Assembly: GCA_964248055.1 (NCBI GenBank) | Contig: CAXTWN010000004.1 | Coordinates: forward strand, 1 to 57,691 | DNA from: an uncultured Acidobacteriaceae bacterium | GTDB taxonomy: Bacteria; Acidobacteriota; Terriglobia; Terriglobales; Acidobacteriaceae | Reading direction: 5' to 3' | DNA: 57,691 nt | Shown: one piece after another, positions 1-10,669 of the stretch | Layout: each line of letters opens with the position of its first letter | Position numbering within the stretch: position 1 is the stretch's first letter | Notes under the pieces: generated by a model | Database searches by the model: none | What the model saw: only the letters and a program-made list of their open reading frames with translations | What the model was told of the DNA's origin: nothing | Made by a program: the position numbers and the translations under genes

Positions 1-44
1 TCCTGACCCTGAGCGAAGCGGAAGGGGAAGGACCTGCTTTTTTG
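1..44. repeat. REP-like intergenic palindromic element (truncated by window start)
   Basis: TCCTGACCCTGAGCGAAGCGGAAGGGGAAGGACCTGCTTTTTT resembles the GTCATCCTGAGCGAAGCGAAGGAC-type repeats recalled from Acidobacteria; lies just past the amidase stop. Family identity is from memory only. Confidence 0.5.
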
Positions 45-73
45 CCCGTTACGCCACTACACCTCACTCGCGC

Positions 74-1456
74 TCAGCTCACCACAGGCACCCGGTACCC
101 AAACGCCCGATCCACCACACCGGCCACCCTCAGCACCAGCTCATCCCGAAACGACGCACCCGCCACCTGCACCCCGATCGGCAGGCCCTCCGGCGACCGT
201 CCCACCGGAACCACCGCCGCAGGCGACGCCAGCACATTGAACCATTGCGTAAACCGCATGGCGTCCCAGTACCCCACCGTGCCCTCACCCGCCACGCGCC
301 ACGCGCGCTCCCCGTGCAAAAACGCCGGCACCGAGCAAACCGGGGTCAGCAGCAGGGAGCAGTCCCCCAGCCCCGCCCAGAATCGTCCGCGTAGGACATC
401 CATCGCGGCCCACGCCTCCAGCAGCGACGCCGCGGTCAGGGGTGTCTCCGCCTCCGCTTCGCGTAAGAACTCACGGAAGACCGGGCTCAGCTCCTCCCGC
501 CGGCCCGCAATCGTCCTCTCGTAGAACAAAGCCCCGCACTGCACAAAAAACACCCGCCAGAGCCGCCGCGCCTCCTCCAACCCCTCCGGCCGCAGCCGCC
601 GCACGCGAAACCCCTGCGCTTCCAACGCCGCCGCCGCATTCCGCACCGCGGCGCGGGTCTCCGGCGTCACCGGCACGAGCCCATCGTCCTCCAACCACCC
701 GATGCCCGCCTGCTTCGCCTCATCCAGACCTACCGCCCGATACGGCACCGGCGCACTGATCCCATCGCCGCCCTCACTTAGCACCCCGAACAGCAGCTCC
801 ACATCCGCCACCGTGCGCGCCATCGGCCCCAGCGACCCCAAACTGGAAAACGGCCCCACGCAAGGCGGCTGATGCCCCTCGGACGAAATGCGCCCCGGCG
901 TAGGCTTCAGCGCACAGATTCCCGTAAAGTGCGCCGGCAGTCGCACCGATCCGCCACTGTCGCTGCCCACGCCCCCCGCCGACAGCCCCGCCGCGATGGC
1001 CGCACTCTCGCCGCCGCTCGATCCACCTGCACTCCGCTGGAGATCCCACGGGTTGTTGGTTCGCCCGTGGAGCAGATTCGCCGTGTCATACGCCATCAGA
1101 AACTCCGGGCAGTTGGTGGTGCCCAGCACCACCGCGCCCGCCCCCCGCAACCGAGCCACCGCAACGGCATCCTCCGTCGCCACCGTGCCCCGGCGTAGCG
1201 TGCTGCCGATCTCACACCGCCGTCCAGCCACCTCGATCGACGACTTGATGGACACCGGCAATCCCGACAGCGGCCCCGGCCGCACCGCCCGCGCCTGCGC
1301 CCGCACGGACTCCGCATCGAAGTCCGCAAACGCGTTCAGCACCGGGTTCAGCCGCTCGATGCGCCGAATGTGCTCTTCCGCCAACTCCACCGCGGAGATC
1401 GCCCTCGTCCGCAGCAGCGCGATCTGTTCCACCGCCGGTCGCAGCGCCACGTCCAT
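74..1456 (-). CDS. Amidase signature family protein
   Basis: 460 aa; GPLSGLPVSIK (Lys), AGGSSGGESAA and GSDSGGSVRLPA (Ser-cisSer-Lys triad), C-terminal GLPIGVQ. Confidence 0.93.
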   Translation of the reverse strand: MDVALRPAVEQIALLRTRAISAVELAEEHIRRIERLNPVLNAFADFDAESVRAQARAVRPGPLSGLPVSIKSSIEVAGRRCEIGSTLRRGTVATEDAVAVARLRGAGAVVLGTTNCPEFLMAYDTANLLHGRTNNPWDLQRSAGGSSGGESAAIAAGLSAGGVGSDSGGSVRLPAHFTGICALKPTPGRISSEGHQPPCVGPFSSLGSLGPMARTVADVELLFGVLSEGGDGISAPVPYRAVGLDEAKQAGIGWLEDDGLVPVTPETRAAVRNAAAALEAQGFRVRRLRPEGLEEARRLWRVFFVQCGALFYERTIAGRREELSPVFREFLREAEAETPLTAASLLEAWAAMDVLRGRFWAGLGDCSLLLTPVCSVPAFLHGERAWRVAGEGTVGYWDAMRFTQWFNVLASPAAVVPVGRSPEGLPIGVQVAGASFRDELVLRVAGVVDRAFGYRVPVVS

Positions 1457-1571
1457 AGCTGTTCATCATACGAGCGCCCTGCGCGCCATTCGCATCCCGG
1501 CACAACGGTCGGCTGGCATCCTTCATCGAGGTGTGCCCGCCAAAGTCGTACACGCCCCGCTAAGCGTCTAT

Positions 1572-1609
1572 TGACAACGTTGTCACAGATCCGCGGAGGA
1601 GTATATGAT
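1572..1609 (+). promoter_or_regulatory. LacI-type operator TGACAACGTTGTCA (1572-1585) overlapping a sigma70-like promoter TTGTCA-N18-TATGAT
   Basis: Perfect 14-bp palindrome with central CG upstream of the GH2-lactonase-GH92 cluster; near-identical copies at 20206 and 23976. Confidence 0.8.
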
Positions 1610-1788
1610 TCCGCTGCACGAGTCCACCAGGCGCACGATCGCTTAACCACTGTTGAGAAGTGCTCGGTAGCGGAGACAGGCTGAGGCGCGTTCCCCTTGC
1701 CGCCAACGAGTGCGCAACCCACGGTTCTGCGAATGGCGTTCTTCCGAGGGTTCCGGTCGGGCCGTGAATGCGGAAAGGAAAGGTATCC

Positions 1789-4323
1789 ATGTACCCCAGG
1801 AGCACACGACGGGAGTTCCTGAGAGACACGGCCATGGTCATGGCGTCCTCTAAGTTTCCTGCTGACCTCTATCCAGAGAGTGCCACCGAACGTTCTTTGC
1901 CGGCCCGTGTCACCAACTTCGATGATGGTTGGAGGTTCTGCAAGGGCGATGTACAAGACAGGCGTCTGCCTGACTTGGATGATGAGGGCTGGAGCACGGT
2001 GTTCCTGCCGCACGACTGGAGCATTGAAGGTCCATTCGACAGGGACACCGTAGGAGGCGAGACGTGTGCTTATTTACCTACCGGCGTGGGATGGTATCGC
2101 AAGCGCTTCATCGTACCGGCAGGTTCCACAACACCCGGCTCCACAGCACGCAAGATCGTCGTCCAGTTCGACGGCATTTACCAGCGTAGTGAAGTGTGGA
2201 TCAATGGTCACTGGCTGGGAATGCGTCCTTATGGATTTGTCAGCTTCACCTACGACCTCACGCCCTATCTACGTGCAGGCCGCCAGCAAAACGTTCTCGC
2301 TGTTCGCGTCGACAACTCGTTGCAGCCCAACGTGCGATGGTACTCCGGTTCAGGCATCTACCGGCATGCCTGGTTGATTCAAACAGGTGCTGTGCACGTC
2401 GCGCAGTGGGGAACCTTTGTTTCTGCCCCTCAAGTCAGCACCGAGAGCGCAACGCTCTCTATCTCGACACGCGTGCAGAACGATCTTTCGGAGGATGCAG
2501 CCTGCTCTTTACACACTTCCATCCGGGATAGGCAAGGAGCTACTGTCGCCGACCTCACAACACAAGCGGCTGTTCCTGCTGCAGGGGAAACTCCCTTCGC
2601 ACAACAGATAGACGTGGCATCCCCAACACTTTGGTCCGCAGACTCGCCATACATGTATTCCGTCCATCAGACTTTGGAGGTAAAGGGACGAGTCGTCGAC
2701 GAGACGACCACGCCTTTCGGTATTCGTTCCATCTCCTTTGACGTGGATCGAGGATTTCTGTTGAACAAGGAGCGGACCAAGCTGAATGGCGTTTGCTTGC
2801 ATGGCGATGGCGGCTGCGTGGGAGCTGCGGTTCCAGAGGCGATCTGGCGGCGACGGCTGGCTGCGCTGAAGGAGATGGGCTGCAATGCGATTCGCTGCAG
2901 CCACAATCCGCCCGCGCCGGAGTTCCTGGATCTGTGCGACACCATGGGCTTTCTGGTGATGTTTGATGCTTTTGACGAATGGCGGGGGGCCAAGGCTCAG
3001 ACCCCGCGCTATGGCTACCACATGTACTTCGATGAGTGGGCGCACCGTGATCTGAAGGACATGATCGCGCGCGATCGCAACCATCCCTCCATCGTGATCT
3101 GGGATGCTGGCAACGAAGTACCGGATCAGGGATCCATGCAGGGGGTGGACACGCTTCGTGCGTTGAAGAGCATCCTGCATGCGGAAGATCCGACAAGGCC
3201 GGTGACTGTGGCCTGCGACGGCATCGCCGCCGATTCCCGGGGCACGTTGCCAGAGTTCCTTCAGGAGCAGGATGTCGTCGGATACAACTATGTCGACCGC
3301 TGGCGCGACAGGCGGGAGAAGTTTTACAGCATCGACCGGCACGATTTCCCGGCCCGGCGGTTCATCGGTACGGAGAGCGTCGCCTTGCGCGGAGTGCGCG
3401 GCGGGTACAGGATCGGTGCGGACGCAACCGTTTATGTCGAGAAGGAGACGAACCTGCTTGTCGAAGTCGAGCAATTGCAGAAGTTCATCCAAACATATGA
3501 CTACGTGAGTGGCGATTTCCTGTGGACCGGCATCGATTACCTCGGCGAGGCAAAATGGCCCGCGAAAGGTTCGTCCTCTGGCGTTCTCGATACTTGCGGG
3601 TTCCCCAAAGACAGCTACTACTTTTACCAAAGCCTATGGACGAAGAAGCCGGTCCTCCATCTCTCGCCGCATTGGAACTGGACGGGGCGAGAAGGAACCG
3701 TGATTTCGGTCATCTGCTACACCAACTGCGACACAGTTGAGCTTTTTGTCAACGGACACAGCTGGGGCGTCAAAGGTTACGCGTTCCCTAGGCCCGGGAT
3801 GGAACAGCGGTACGGACACTACCCGGAGCGAGAGAGAGCCATACAATCCACTGGCGATCTTCACCTATCGTGGGACGTTCCCTACCAACCGGGGATCTTG
3901 AAGGCCGTAGGCTCCAAGGGTGGACAGGTCGTCAGTGTAGCGGAGGTTGCTACGACTGGAGTTCCAGCTCGCCTTTCATTGTCTGCGGATCGAACGACGC
4001 TACAAGCGGATCGCCGCGACCTGGCTCACCTCATCATCCAGGTTCAGGACGCGGAGGGCCGGCGCGTGCCCACGGCCGACAACCCTGTCACGTTGAACCT
4101 CCGGGGACAAGGCAGGATCTTAGGCATGGATAACGGTGATCCGGAGAGCCATCAAGCGTACCGTGGCCCCCAGTACAGCGCCTTCCATGGCCTCGGCCTG
4201 GCCATCATCGGCACGACAGATCTCGCGGGCGACGTTGACATTGTGGCCTCTTCTCCGGGTCTGGCAGACGCAACTCTCAGGTTGACTACCACCAAACCGC
4301 CAAGGCCTTCAAAGCTCGGATAG
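1789..4323 (+). CDS. Glycoside hydrolase family 2 (beta-galactosidase-like), Tat-exported
   Basis: LPHDWSIE, WYSGSGIYR, RCSHNPP, RDRNHPSIVIWDAGNE (acid/base), DFLWTGIDYLGE; twin-arginine TRREFL. Start moved from 1768 to ATG 1789, which follows GGAAAGG. Confidence 0.93.
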   Translation: MYPRSTRREFLRDTAMVMASSKFPADLYPESATERSLPARVTNFDDGWRFCKGDVQDRRLPDLDDEGWSTVFLPHDWSIEGPFDRDTVGGETCAYLPTGVGWYRKRFIVPAGSTTPGSTARKIVVQFDGIYQRSEVWINGHWLGMRPYGFVSFTYDLTPYLRAGRQQNVLAVRVDNSLQPNVRWYSGSGIYRHAWLIQTGAVHVAQWGTFVSAPQVSTESATLSISTRVQNDLSEDAACSLHTSIRDRQGATVADLTTQAAVPAAGETPFAQQIDVASPTLWSADSPYMYSVHQTLEVKGRVVDETTTPFGIRSISFDVDRGFLLNKERTKLNGVCLHGDGGCVGAAVPEAIWRRRLAALKEMGCNAIRCSHNPPAPEFLDLCDTMGFLVMFDAFDEWRGAKAQTPRYGYHMYFDEWAHRDLKDMIARDRNHPSIVIWDAGNEVPDQGSMQGVDTLRALKSILHAEDPTRPVTVACDGIAADSRGTLPEFLQEQDVVGYNYVDRWRDRREKFYSIDRHDFPARRFIGTESVALRGVRGGYRIGADATVYVEKETNLLVEVEQLQKFIQTYDYVSGDFLWTGIDYLGEAKWPAKGSSSGVLDTCGFPKDSYYFYQSLWTKKPVLHLSPHWNWTGREGTVISVICYTNCDTVELFVNGHSWGVKGYAFPRPGMEQRYGHYPERERAIQSTGDLHLSWDVPYQPGILKAVGSKGGQVVSVAEVATTGVPARLSLSADRTTLQADRRDLAHLIIQVQDAEGRRVPTADNPVTLNLRGQGRILGMDNGDPESHQAYRGPQYSAFHGLGLAIIGTTDLAGDVDIVASSPGLADATLRLTTTKPPRPSKLG

Positions 4324-4417
4324 CCGTAGTACACCGCGTCGCCACGGCTCATGGCAGCAGATCGCCTCTGCGGAAGCGAAACCACCACAACCTTCAGCAA
4401 CAGTTCGTGAGGTTCCT

Positions 4418-5557
4418 ATGCAGCACGCGGTCGCTCGCATCTTGTCTGTCCTTCTTGTGGTCGTTCTGTCGACTCCAGCTAAGGGAGCGGATACGTTCGT
4501 GTACTTCGGCTCTCACGGAAGCGGGTCGCACATCGGGTTCTCACTCGCGCACTTCGACACTGAGACCGGGATGCTGACGCAACCTGTGTTTCTCGAGGAA
4601 GCAGTCGCGCCAGCATACTTCATCATTCGGCCGGACGGACGACGTCTCTACACCTGCAACTCCGCTCCAGGAAGTTCTGTCAGCGCTTACGCGATCGATC
4701 CCACCACCGCGAAGCTGACGCTCCTGAACGAACAACCGAGTGGGGGCGGCGACCCTAGCTACGTGAGCTTGGATCCGAGCAGCCGGTACCTTATGGTCGC
4801 AAACTATCGGGGAGGGAGCGTCGCGGTGTTCGCCTTGCGCCCCGACGGAAGTATCGGTCAGCGTACCGGGTTTATTCAGCATGTCGGCGCCAGCCTTGAT
4901 CCTGATAGTCCAAGTCATGCGCACGCACACTCCATTCTTTATGATCCTGGCCACCACTTTGTTCTGTCCGCGGACCTTGGGTTGGATAAGATCTTCGTCT
5001 ACCGACTGAGTCAGGCAACCGGGGCGCTCACCCCGAATAAACCGGATTCTGCATCCTTCGCCTCCGGATCAGGCCCACGCCATATCGCCTTCGATCCGCA
5101 AGGGCGTTATGTCTATGCGATCAATCAAACAGCCAACAGCATCGTTCGCTTCGGGTGGAAGGCACGCCGGGGCATCCTTACGCGCTTTGAGAGCGTGTCC
5201 ACACTCCCGGACGGCTTCAAGGGCGAGAATACGGGCGCGGAGCTCCTGATGCATCCGAGCGGCAAGTTTCTCTATGCCACCAATCGCGGGAGTAATACTG
5301 TGGCCGTGTATGCAGTCCAAAGCGCGACGGGGCGCCTGGTTCCCATACAGTTCATCCCAACCCAAGGACGGACGCCACGGAACGCGGAGTTCGATCCCAC
5401 CGGGAAATGGTTGCTTGTCAGTAACCAGGACAGCAGTAATGCCACGGTCTTTCGTATCGACCAGGTGACCGGACATCTCACGCAGAACGGCGATCCAGTC
5501 TCCGTCCCAACCCCCTTCTGTGAGCGCTTCTTGAGATCAGATCAGCGGGGCCGGTGA
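4418..5557 (+). CDS. Lactonase family beta-propeller (6-phosphogluconolactonase/YbhE-like), secreted
   Basis: ANYRGGSV, HAHS, ADLGLDKI, GSGPRH, LYATNRGSNT, GRTPRN; N-terminal signal peptide. Confidence 0.9.
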   Translation: MQHAVARILSVLLVVVLSTPAKGADTFVYFGSHGSGSHIGFSLAHFDTETGMLTQPVFLEEAVAPAYFIIRPDGRRLYTCNSAPGSSVSAYAIDPTTAKLTLLNEQPSGGGDPSYVSLDPSSRYLMVANYRGGSVAVFALRPDGSIGQRTGFIQHVGASLDPDSPSHAHAHSILYDPGHHFVLSADLGLDKIFVYRLSQATGALTPNKPDSASFASGSGPRHIAFDPQGRYVYAINQTANSIVRFGWKARRGILTRFESVSTLPDGFKGENTGAELLMHPSGKFLYATNRGSNTVAVYAVQSATGRLVPIQFIPTQGRTPRNAEFDPTGKWLLVSNQDSSNATVFRIDQVTGHLTQNGDPVSVPTPFCERFLRSDQRGR

Positions 5558-5729
5558 GCGGATTGGTTTGCACGAAGGCAAGCTCATCCATTTACGTTCC
5601 CAATCTCTCTGGTCCTCACAGAACCCCTACGTCCCTGCACCAAAACAGGAGCTCGCTCTGCGCGCCGAACCATGGCGCGCCCACGCCCATCGGGGCACAA
5701 TCGACGCAAACGGAACAACGTGAGGTTAC

Positions 5730-7877
5730 GTGCTACTTGCGAAACGATACACGGCATGGGTGGCGACTCTGCTCGCGGTTGTAGCGACGCCTGTAGTCGC
5801 TCAGCGCAAGCCGGTCGACTATGTAAACACGCTCATTGGCACGGCGCCGCTGACCGACGAAAAGTACCTCGGCGGCAATCCCGCACCTGGTGAAGAGCTG
5901 TACTCCGGAACCGTCAGTCCGTGTGCCATGGTGCCAGACCCGCATGGCTATCTTTGCATTGGGCCCGTCACCGGCTTTGATGGTGCGTACCACGTGCGCG
6001 GATCCGGCTACCGATTCGACGATACGAGTATCATGGGATTCACCCAATTCAATGGGGAATACAGCGATGAAAACAGGCTGTTATTCATGCCTACCGTGGG
6101 GCGCATCAAGACCACGCCAGGCACCCGAAGTGACCCACTTTCCGGGTACCGCGCGGTAAAAGACGCACAAGGCGAGAGGGCTTCCGCGGGATCGTATTCC
6201 GTGTTCCTGAAGACCTACGGCGTCACGGTTGACCTTACCGCCACCGCGAACTGCGGCTTCCATCGCTACACCTTCCCTCGCTCGCAACAGGCGAATATCC
6301 TAATCGACCTCGCGAACTCGCGGCCAGCGGTCTCGGATGCCTCGGTGCGTGTCCTTAACCCACACACGATCGAAGGCTCTCAAACCGGTGGAACCGAGAC
6401 GGTCTTCTTCCGGGCTGAGTTCAGCAAGGACCCAACGTCGTTTGGAACATGGGATCGCGGCATCGTGGTTCCCGGTTCTTCTCACGCAAAGGGCCCCCGG
6501 GTGGGCGCATACGCGACGTTCAACACCTTTGCCGGGGAGAAAATTTTCGTCAGGGTCGGCACATCCACCATCAGCCTGGCGGATGCGGCGATGCACTTGC
6601 ACGAGGAACTTCCACCAAGCGAAGGATTTGAGGCCGTCCAGCAACAATCCAGGACACTCTGGAGCCAGATTCTAGATCGGATGGTTGTGAGTGGAGGCTC
6701 CGAAGGCGATCGAACAAACTTCTACACCGCCGTTTACCGCATGGCTGCTGGCCCAAAGTATTCCTGGTTTCCGTTTTACGATGCTGCTGGGATGCTTCTT
6801 GCTCGCGGGCAAACGTGGGTCTCCCAGCGCGCGACAGACACACGATGGCATTGGGGCGGGGGTTACTGGGGACCGGGCAACGTCTCAGGACTTGTCGGTT
6901 TGTACAAGATGGGCTTTCACGTCGACTTGGATGCCGCCTATCAGACGTTGCGGCGTGAGGCGATGTCCGGCGGGGGCGCCGCAGGTCAGGCTTATCGCAC
7001 TTACGGATACATACCAGCCGGGGTTGGGGTGAACGACTACGTGAATCGCTCGATCGGTCTGTCGTTGGACGATCACGCTCTCGCGCAAGTGGCCAAGATT
7101 CTCGGCAAGGATGCTGATGCTGACCTACTCTCACGGCGTTCTGAGAATTACAAGTTGCTCTACAGTCCGAGGTCGGGCTTCTTTGCACCGCGGCGGGCAG
7201 ACGGTTCGTGGATCGAGCCGCTGGATCCTGTCGAACCACACGCCGAGGACATCTACCGCGAAGGGAACGCCTGGAATTACTTATGGTTTAACGTAGGCGA
7301 CTTACCAGGGCTTATCGCGCTACTCGGTGGAACCGAGACATTCGCTTCACGACTGGACACATTTTTCGAGCAAAGCTACACACCAAAGCTTCCCTTGCGG
7401 GATCTTACAGGAGTGATTGGCCTTTACTTCCACGGAAACGAGCAGTATCGGCACATTCCCTACCTATACGACTATGTGGGACAACCTTGGACGACACAGG
7501 CCCTGGTTCGGCAAATAGAGCAGCAGCTATATCGTCCAGAACCCGCGGGCCTCTGCGGTATGGACGACTTCGGCGACCTGGAAGGTTGGTACGTAACCAG
7601 TGCGCTTGGTTTCCTTCAGGTCGATCTCGCAAGTGATGCTTATCAGATTGGGAGCCCGTTGTTCCCGAAGGTGACCATCAGCTTGGAAGGGGACCACCCT
7701 GGCACCTTCACGATCATTGCACATCGGGTAAGCGACGTGAATAAGTACATCCAGTCAGCCACGTTGAATGGAAGGCCACTCAACCAGCCACACTTCAGGC
7801 AGAGCGATATCACTCCCGGTGGGAGTCTCGTATTTGAGATGGGCCCAACGCCGAATGTTCGCTGGGGTGCCGAATGA
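5730..7877 (+). CDS. Glycoside hydrolase family 92 alpha-mannosidase (divergent)
   Basis: PVDYVNTLIGT, GFHRYTFP, YREGNAWNY, HGNEQ, GLCGMDDFG, YQIGSPLF, NKYIQSATLNG; signal peptide; GTG start. Confidence 0.87.
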   Translation: MLLAKRYTAWVATLLAVVATPVVAQRKPVDYVNTLIGTAPLTDEKYLGGNPAPGEELYSGTVSPCAMVPDPHGYLCIGPVTGFDGAYHVRGSGYRFDDTSIMGFTQFNGEYSDENRLLFMPTVGRIKTTPGTRSDPLSGYRAVKDAQGERASAGSYSVFLKTYGVTVDLTATANCGFHRYTFPRSQQANILIDLANSRPAVSDASVRVLNPHTIEGSQTGGTETVFFRAEFSKDPTSFGTWDRGIVVPGSSHAKGPRVGAYATFNTFAGEKIFVRVGTSTISLADAAMHLHEELPPSEGFEAVQQQSRTLWSQILDRMVVSGGSEGDRTNFYTAVYRMAAGPKYSWFPFYDAAGMLLARGQTWVSQRATDTRWHWGGGYWGPGNVSGLVGLYKMGFHVDLDAAYQTLRREAMSGGGAAGQAYRTYGYIPAGVGVNDYVNRSIGLSLDDHALAQVAKILGKDADADLLSRRSENYKLLYSPRSGFFAPRRADGSWIEPLDPVEPHAEDIYREGNAWNYLWFNVGDLPGLIALLGGTETFASRLDTFFEQSYTPKLPLRDLTGVIGLYFHGNEQYRHIPYLYDYVGQPWTTQALVRQIEQQLYRPEPAGLCGMDDFGDLEGWYVTSALGFLQVDLASDAYQIGSPLFPKVTISLEGDHPGTFTIIAHRVSDVNKYIQSATLNGRPLNQPHFRQSDITPGGSLVFEMGPTPNVRWGAE

Positions 7878-7994
7878 GTTGTTTGACCGTGTAGGTTGCT
7901 TCCTGCCCCCGTTGCCTCGAGGATAGGTGCCACGAAACGGAACCACCCGAGCGCGATCCGCGCGGAACCAGCGGCACCCACCAGCACCGCAGCA

Positions 7995-9002
7995 CTAGCA
8001 CCCACAGGAATGGCGAATGATCATCCTTGTCGGTACTACGACAGCACGACAAGCGCCCCCATGTCCCTTTAGTCGTTCCAAGAGCAGCCTCGCAGCTTCG
8101 CGGCCCAGCATCTCGGCGGGCTGTTGAACAACCGAGAGCGCCGGAGTCAACATGTCCGCCAAATCGAAATCATCAAACGAGATCAGCGGGATATCCAGCC
8201 CAGCTGTCTTACCGAGGGTGCGCAACGCGCGCAGAGTAAGCATCGTGCATACCCAGTTCAACGTGAAGATTGCATCTGCGTCTTGTTTTTGGAAGACTTC
8301 TTCCGCTAGCCACTCCGGGGTGAGGGAGCTTTCGTGATCCACGAGACACGTTCTCGCCGGAAGACAGGCTGCCTTCATCGCCGCCTTGTAACCTGCAACT
8401 CGCTCCTTACAGGTATACAGGTGGGGTCGCGCTCCCACGGCGACGATCCTTTGCAAGCCATGGCCGGCAAGATGTTCCGTGGCCTGCTGCGCGCTGCGAC
8501 GATTCGTCACCGTCACATTATCAAACTCGATGCTGCGAATTAACTGGTCGAACACCACCACGTGGACACTGCTCGGAACAATGTCGCTGAAAGAGTTCCT
8601 TCGACTGTCCGCAGGGGCGATCACCAAACCCTCGACCTGTCGGCCGACCAACGTTTCGATCTCAGATCGTTCAACGTCAGCATCGCCGCCAGAGCTGGCA
8701 AGGACAACCACGTAGCCGTTAGCCCTTGCTACTTCCTGAAGCCCATGAACGGCATTCGCGGTGAACGGGTCGGATAGATTGGGAACGATCATGCCGATCG
8801 TTGCAGACCGTTGTGCCTTGAGACCTCGAGCGAGCTCGTTTGGCCGGTATCCAAGCCGTTCCATAGCCTTCCGTACCCTGGCTACTTTGTCTTGGCTAAC
8901 GTTCGTCGAATCATTGAGTACACGGGATGCGGTCTTTAGGGACACATTGGCTTCATGCGCAACATCGACCAATCTCGGTGCATCGCTTCGGGTCAGAGCC
9001 AT
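7995..9002 (-). CDS. LacI family transcriptional regulator (LacI-1)
   Basis: HTH LVDVAHEANVSLKTASRVLN, hinge LGYRPNELARGL, ISFDD...PALSVVQQP; last gene of the minus-strand receptor operon. Confidence 0.95.
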   Translation of the reverse strand: MALTRSDAPRLVDVAHEANVSLKTASRVLNDSTNVSQDKVARVRKAMERLGYRPNELARGLKAQRSATIGMIVPNLSDPFTANAVHGLQEVARANGYVVVLASSGGDADVERSEIETLVGRQVEGLVIAPADSRRNSFSDIVPSSVHVVVFDQLIRSIEFDNVTVTNRRSAQQATEHLAGHGLQRIVAVGARPHLYTCKERVAGYKAAMKAACLPARTCLVDHESSLTPEWLAEEVFQKQDADAIFTLNWVCTMLTLRALRTLGKTAGLDIPLISFDDFDLADMLTPALSVVQQPAEMLGREAARLLLERLKGHGGACRAVVVPTRMIIRHSCGC

Positions 9003-10312
9003 CTGTCAGCCTCGCCGTCGGACACGGATCGTTTGCGTTCCACTCGCACCAGCGCGCCAAGGCCGGTTCCGCGCGTCTCCGGATACCACAACCGAATCAC
9101 CGCCACCTGCACAACCATCAATGTGGCGAAACAATAGAAGATCCGCGCGGAAGAAGCGTGTTGCGCGATTGGAAACACCAGGATCAGCACCGCATTCGCA
9201 ACCCAATGCACAAACGACCCGTATCCCTGTCCCGCCCCGCGGATACCGGGCGGAAACAATTCGCTCAGATAGACCCACACTACGGTGCCCTGTGAGAACG
9301 CGAAAAAAGCGTCATAGATCACCAGAATGCACAGGTATACCCACGGTTCCAGTCGGTGCGGGATAGTGACCGCAAGGCAGAGCAGGCAGGCGGCCATGCC
9401 AGCAGAGCCTATATACAACAGTACCTTACGCCCGGCCCGGTCAACAAACATCCTTCCGAGGACGGTGGTCGCGATGCTCAAGCACGAGATCAGAACGGTA
9501 TACAAACGGCCTGTCCCAAAGCCGACACCGGCGCTCGAAAGAACGTCCAGGACATACACAAGCAGAATGTTGACGCCCGAGAGCTGGTTAAACAGGGCAA
9601 TGCTCGTTGCGAGCAGTATGGGGCGAAGATTGTTCCTTTGGAATAACCGAGTCGGATGATTGCCGATCGTAACGGGCATGCCAGGTTGGAGGTACGCCGT
9701 TGCGTGCGATTCCTTTGCGGTCACCCTAGCTTCCCCGGACATCGACCACAGCAAGAAGAACAGGAGTGCGGAAGGAACGATCCCGCCTCCCAGACACCAT
9801 CGCCAGAGAGCTCCTGGGACAGCGATGCTCGCGAAAAGAAAGGCAGCAGCAAAGCCCAGCACCACTCCGGCCCCGATCTGCAACTGAAACAGGCTCACAA
9901 GACGACCGCGGCGTTCCACCGGCGCGAGTTCCGCCAGATAGAGCGGACATCCTACCGTAAAACCTCCAATCGCAACTCCAGACAGAAATCGCATCGCCAG
10001 GATAGCCAACCAGTCGAGTGCAACGGGAGTTGCGGCGCCGATCGCCGCAAGGCCATACAGCGCAGCACAGCTAAGCAGGAGAGTTCGCCGCCCCACGCGG
10101 TCCGCGAACCGGGCCGCCAGAAGAGAACCAACGATTGTTCCCCACAGCGAAGAGGAGATCGTTATTCCGAAGACACCGGGAGAAAGATGAAACTGGCCGC
10201 GAAGGCTCTGAGTTGCTGAAGAGATCGCTCCGAGGTCGTAGCCAAACACCAGCCCACCAAGCGAAACGGTGAAGGCCTCGGCTGCTGCGGGATCTTTCCT
10301 TAAGCGAGCCAC
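8993..10312 (-). CDS. MFS sugar porter
   Basis: LGGLVFGYD, ADRVGRR, YLAELAP..RRGRL, FNQLSGVN, DRAGRK, SELFP, PETRG. Start moved to GTG 10312 after AAGGAG; stop overlaps the LacI start. Confidence 0.92.
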   Translation of the reverse strand: MARLRKDPAAAEAFTVSLGGLVFGYDLGAISSATQSLRGQFHLSPGVFGITISSSLWGTIVGSLLAARFADRVGRRTLLLSCAALYGLAAIGAATPVALDWLAILAMRFLSGVAIGGFTVGCPLYLAELAPVERRGRLVSLFQLQIGAGVVLGFAAAFLFASIAVPGALWRWCLGGGIVPSALLFFLLWSMSGEARVTAKESHATAYLQPGMPVTIGNHPTRLFQRNNLRPILLATSIALFNQLSGVNILLVYVLDVLSSAGVGFGTGRLYTVLISCLSIATTVLGRMFVDRAGRKVLLYIGSAGMAACLLCLAVTIPHRLEPWVYLCILVIYDAFFAFSQGTVVWVYLSELFPPGIRGAGQGYGSFVHWVANAVLILVFPIAQHASSARIFYCFATLMVVQVAVIRLWYPETRGTGLGALVRVERKRSVSDGEADRWL

Positions 10313-10669
10313 GGTGGCACTCCTTCGTCTCGGTGGAATGATACGCACGTCCGCACGCCGGTTTGCATCCCCGGTCCCGGAGACATAGCCCGATCTGCCG
10401 TGCTTCGCCCCCGCGAACGGAGAGCTTTCGGGCAGATCGTTCGGCTCGTCGCGAGCGTCATCACAGAAGCTGTTCCGACCTTGTCGCGTGAACAGCGGAT
10501 GTAGACGCCTGGCCTGCGGCGAGTCGGGCCGGGTCGTAAGGCCCCAGATCCGCCGCTGCAAAGGGAGTTCTGACCGGCCCCGATGCTCTCCAGTTGGCGT
10601 TCACGAAGGGTCCCTACGGCCGCGTTGCACTCGCTGGCCTTTGTTCGTCGCTTGATCGGGTACCACGCA

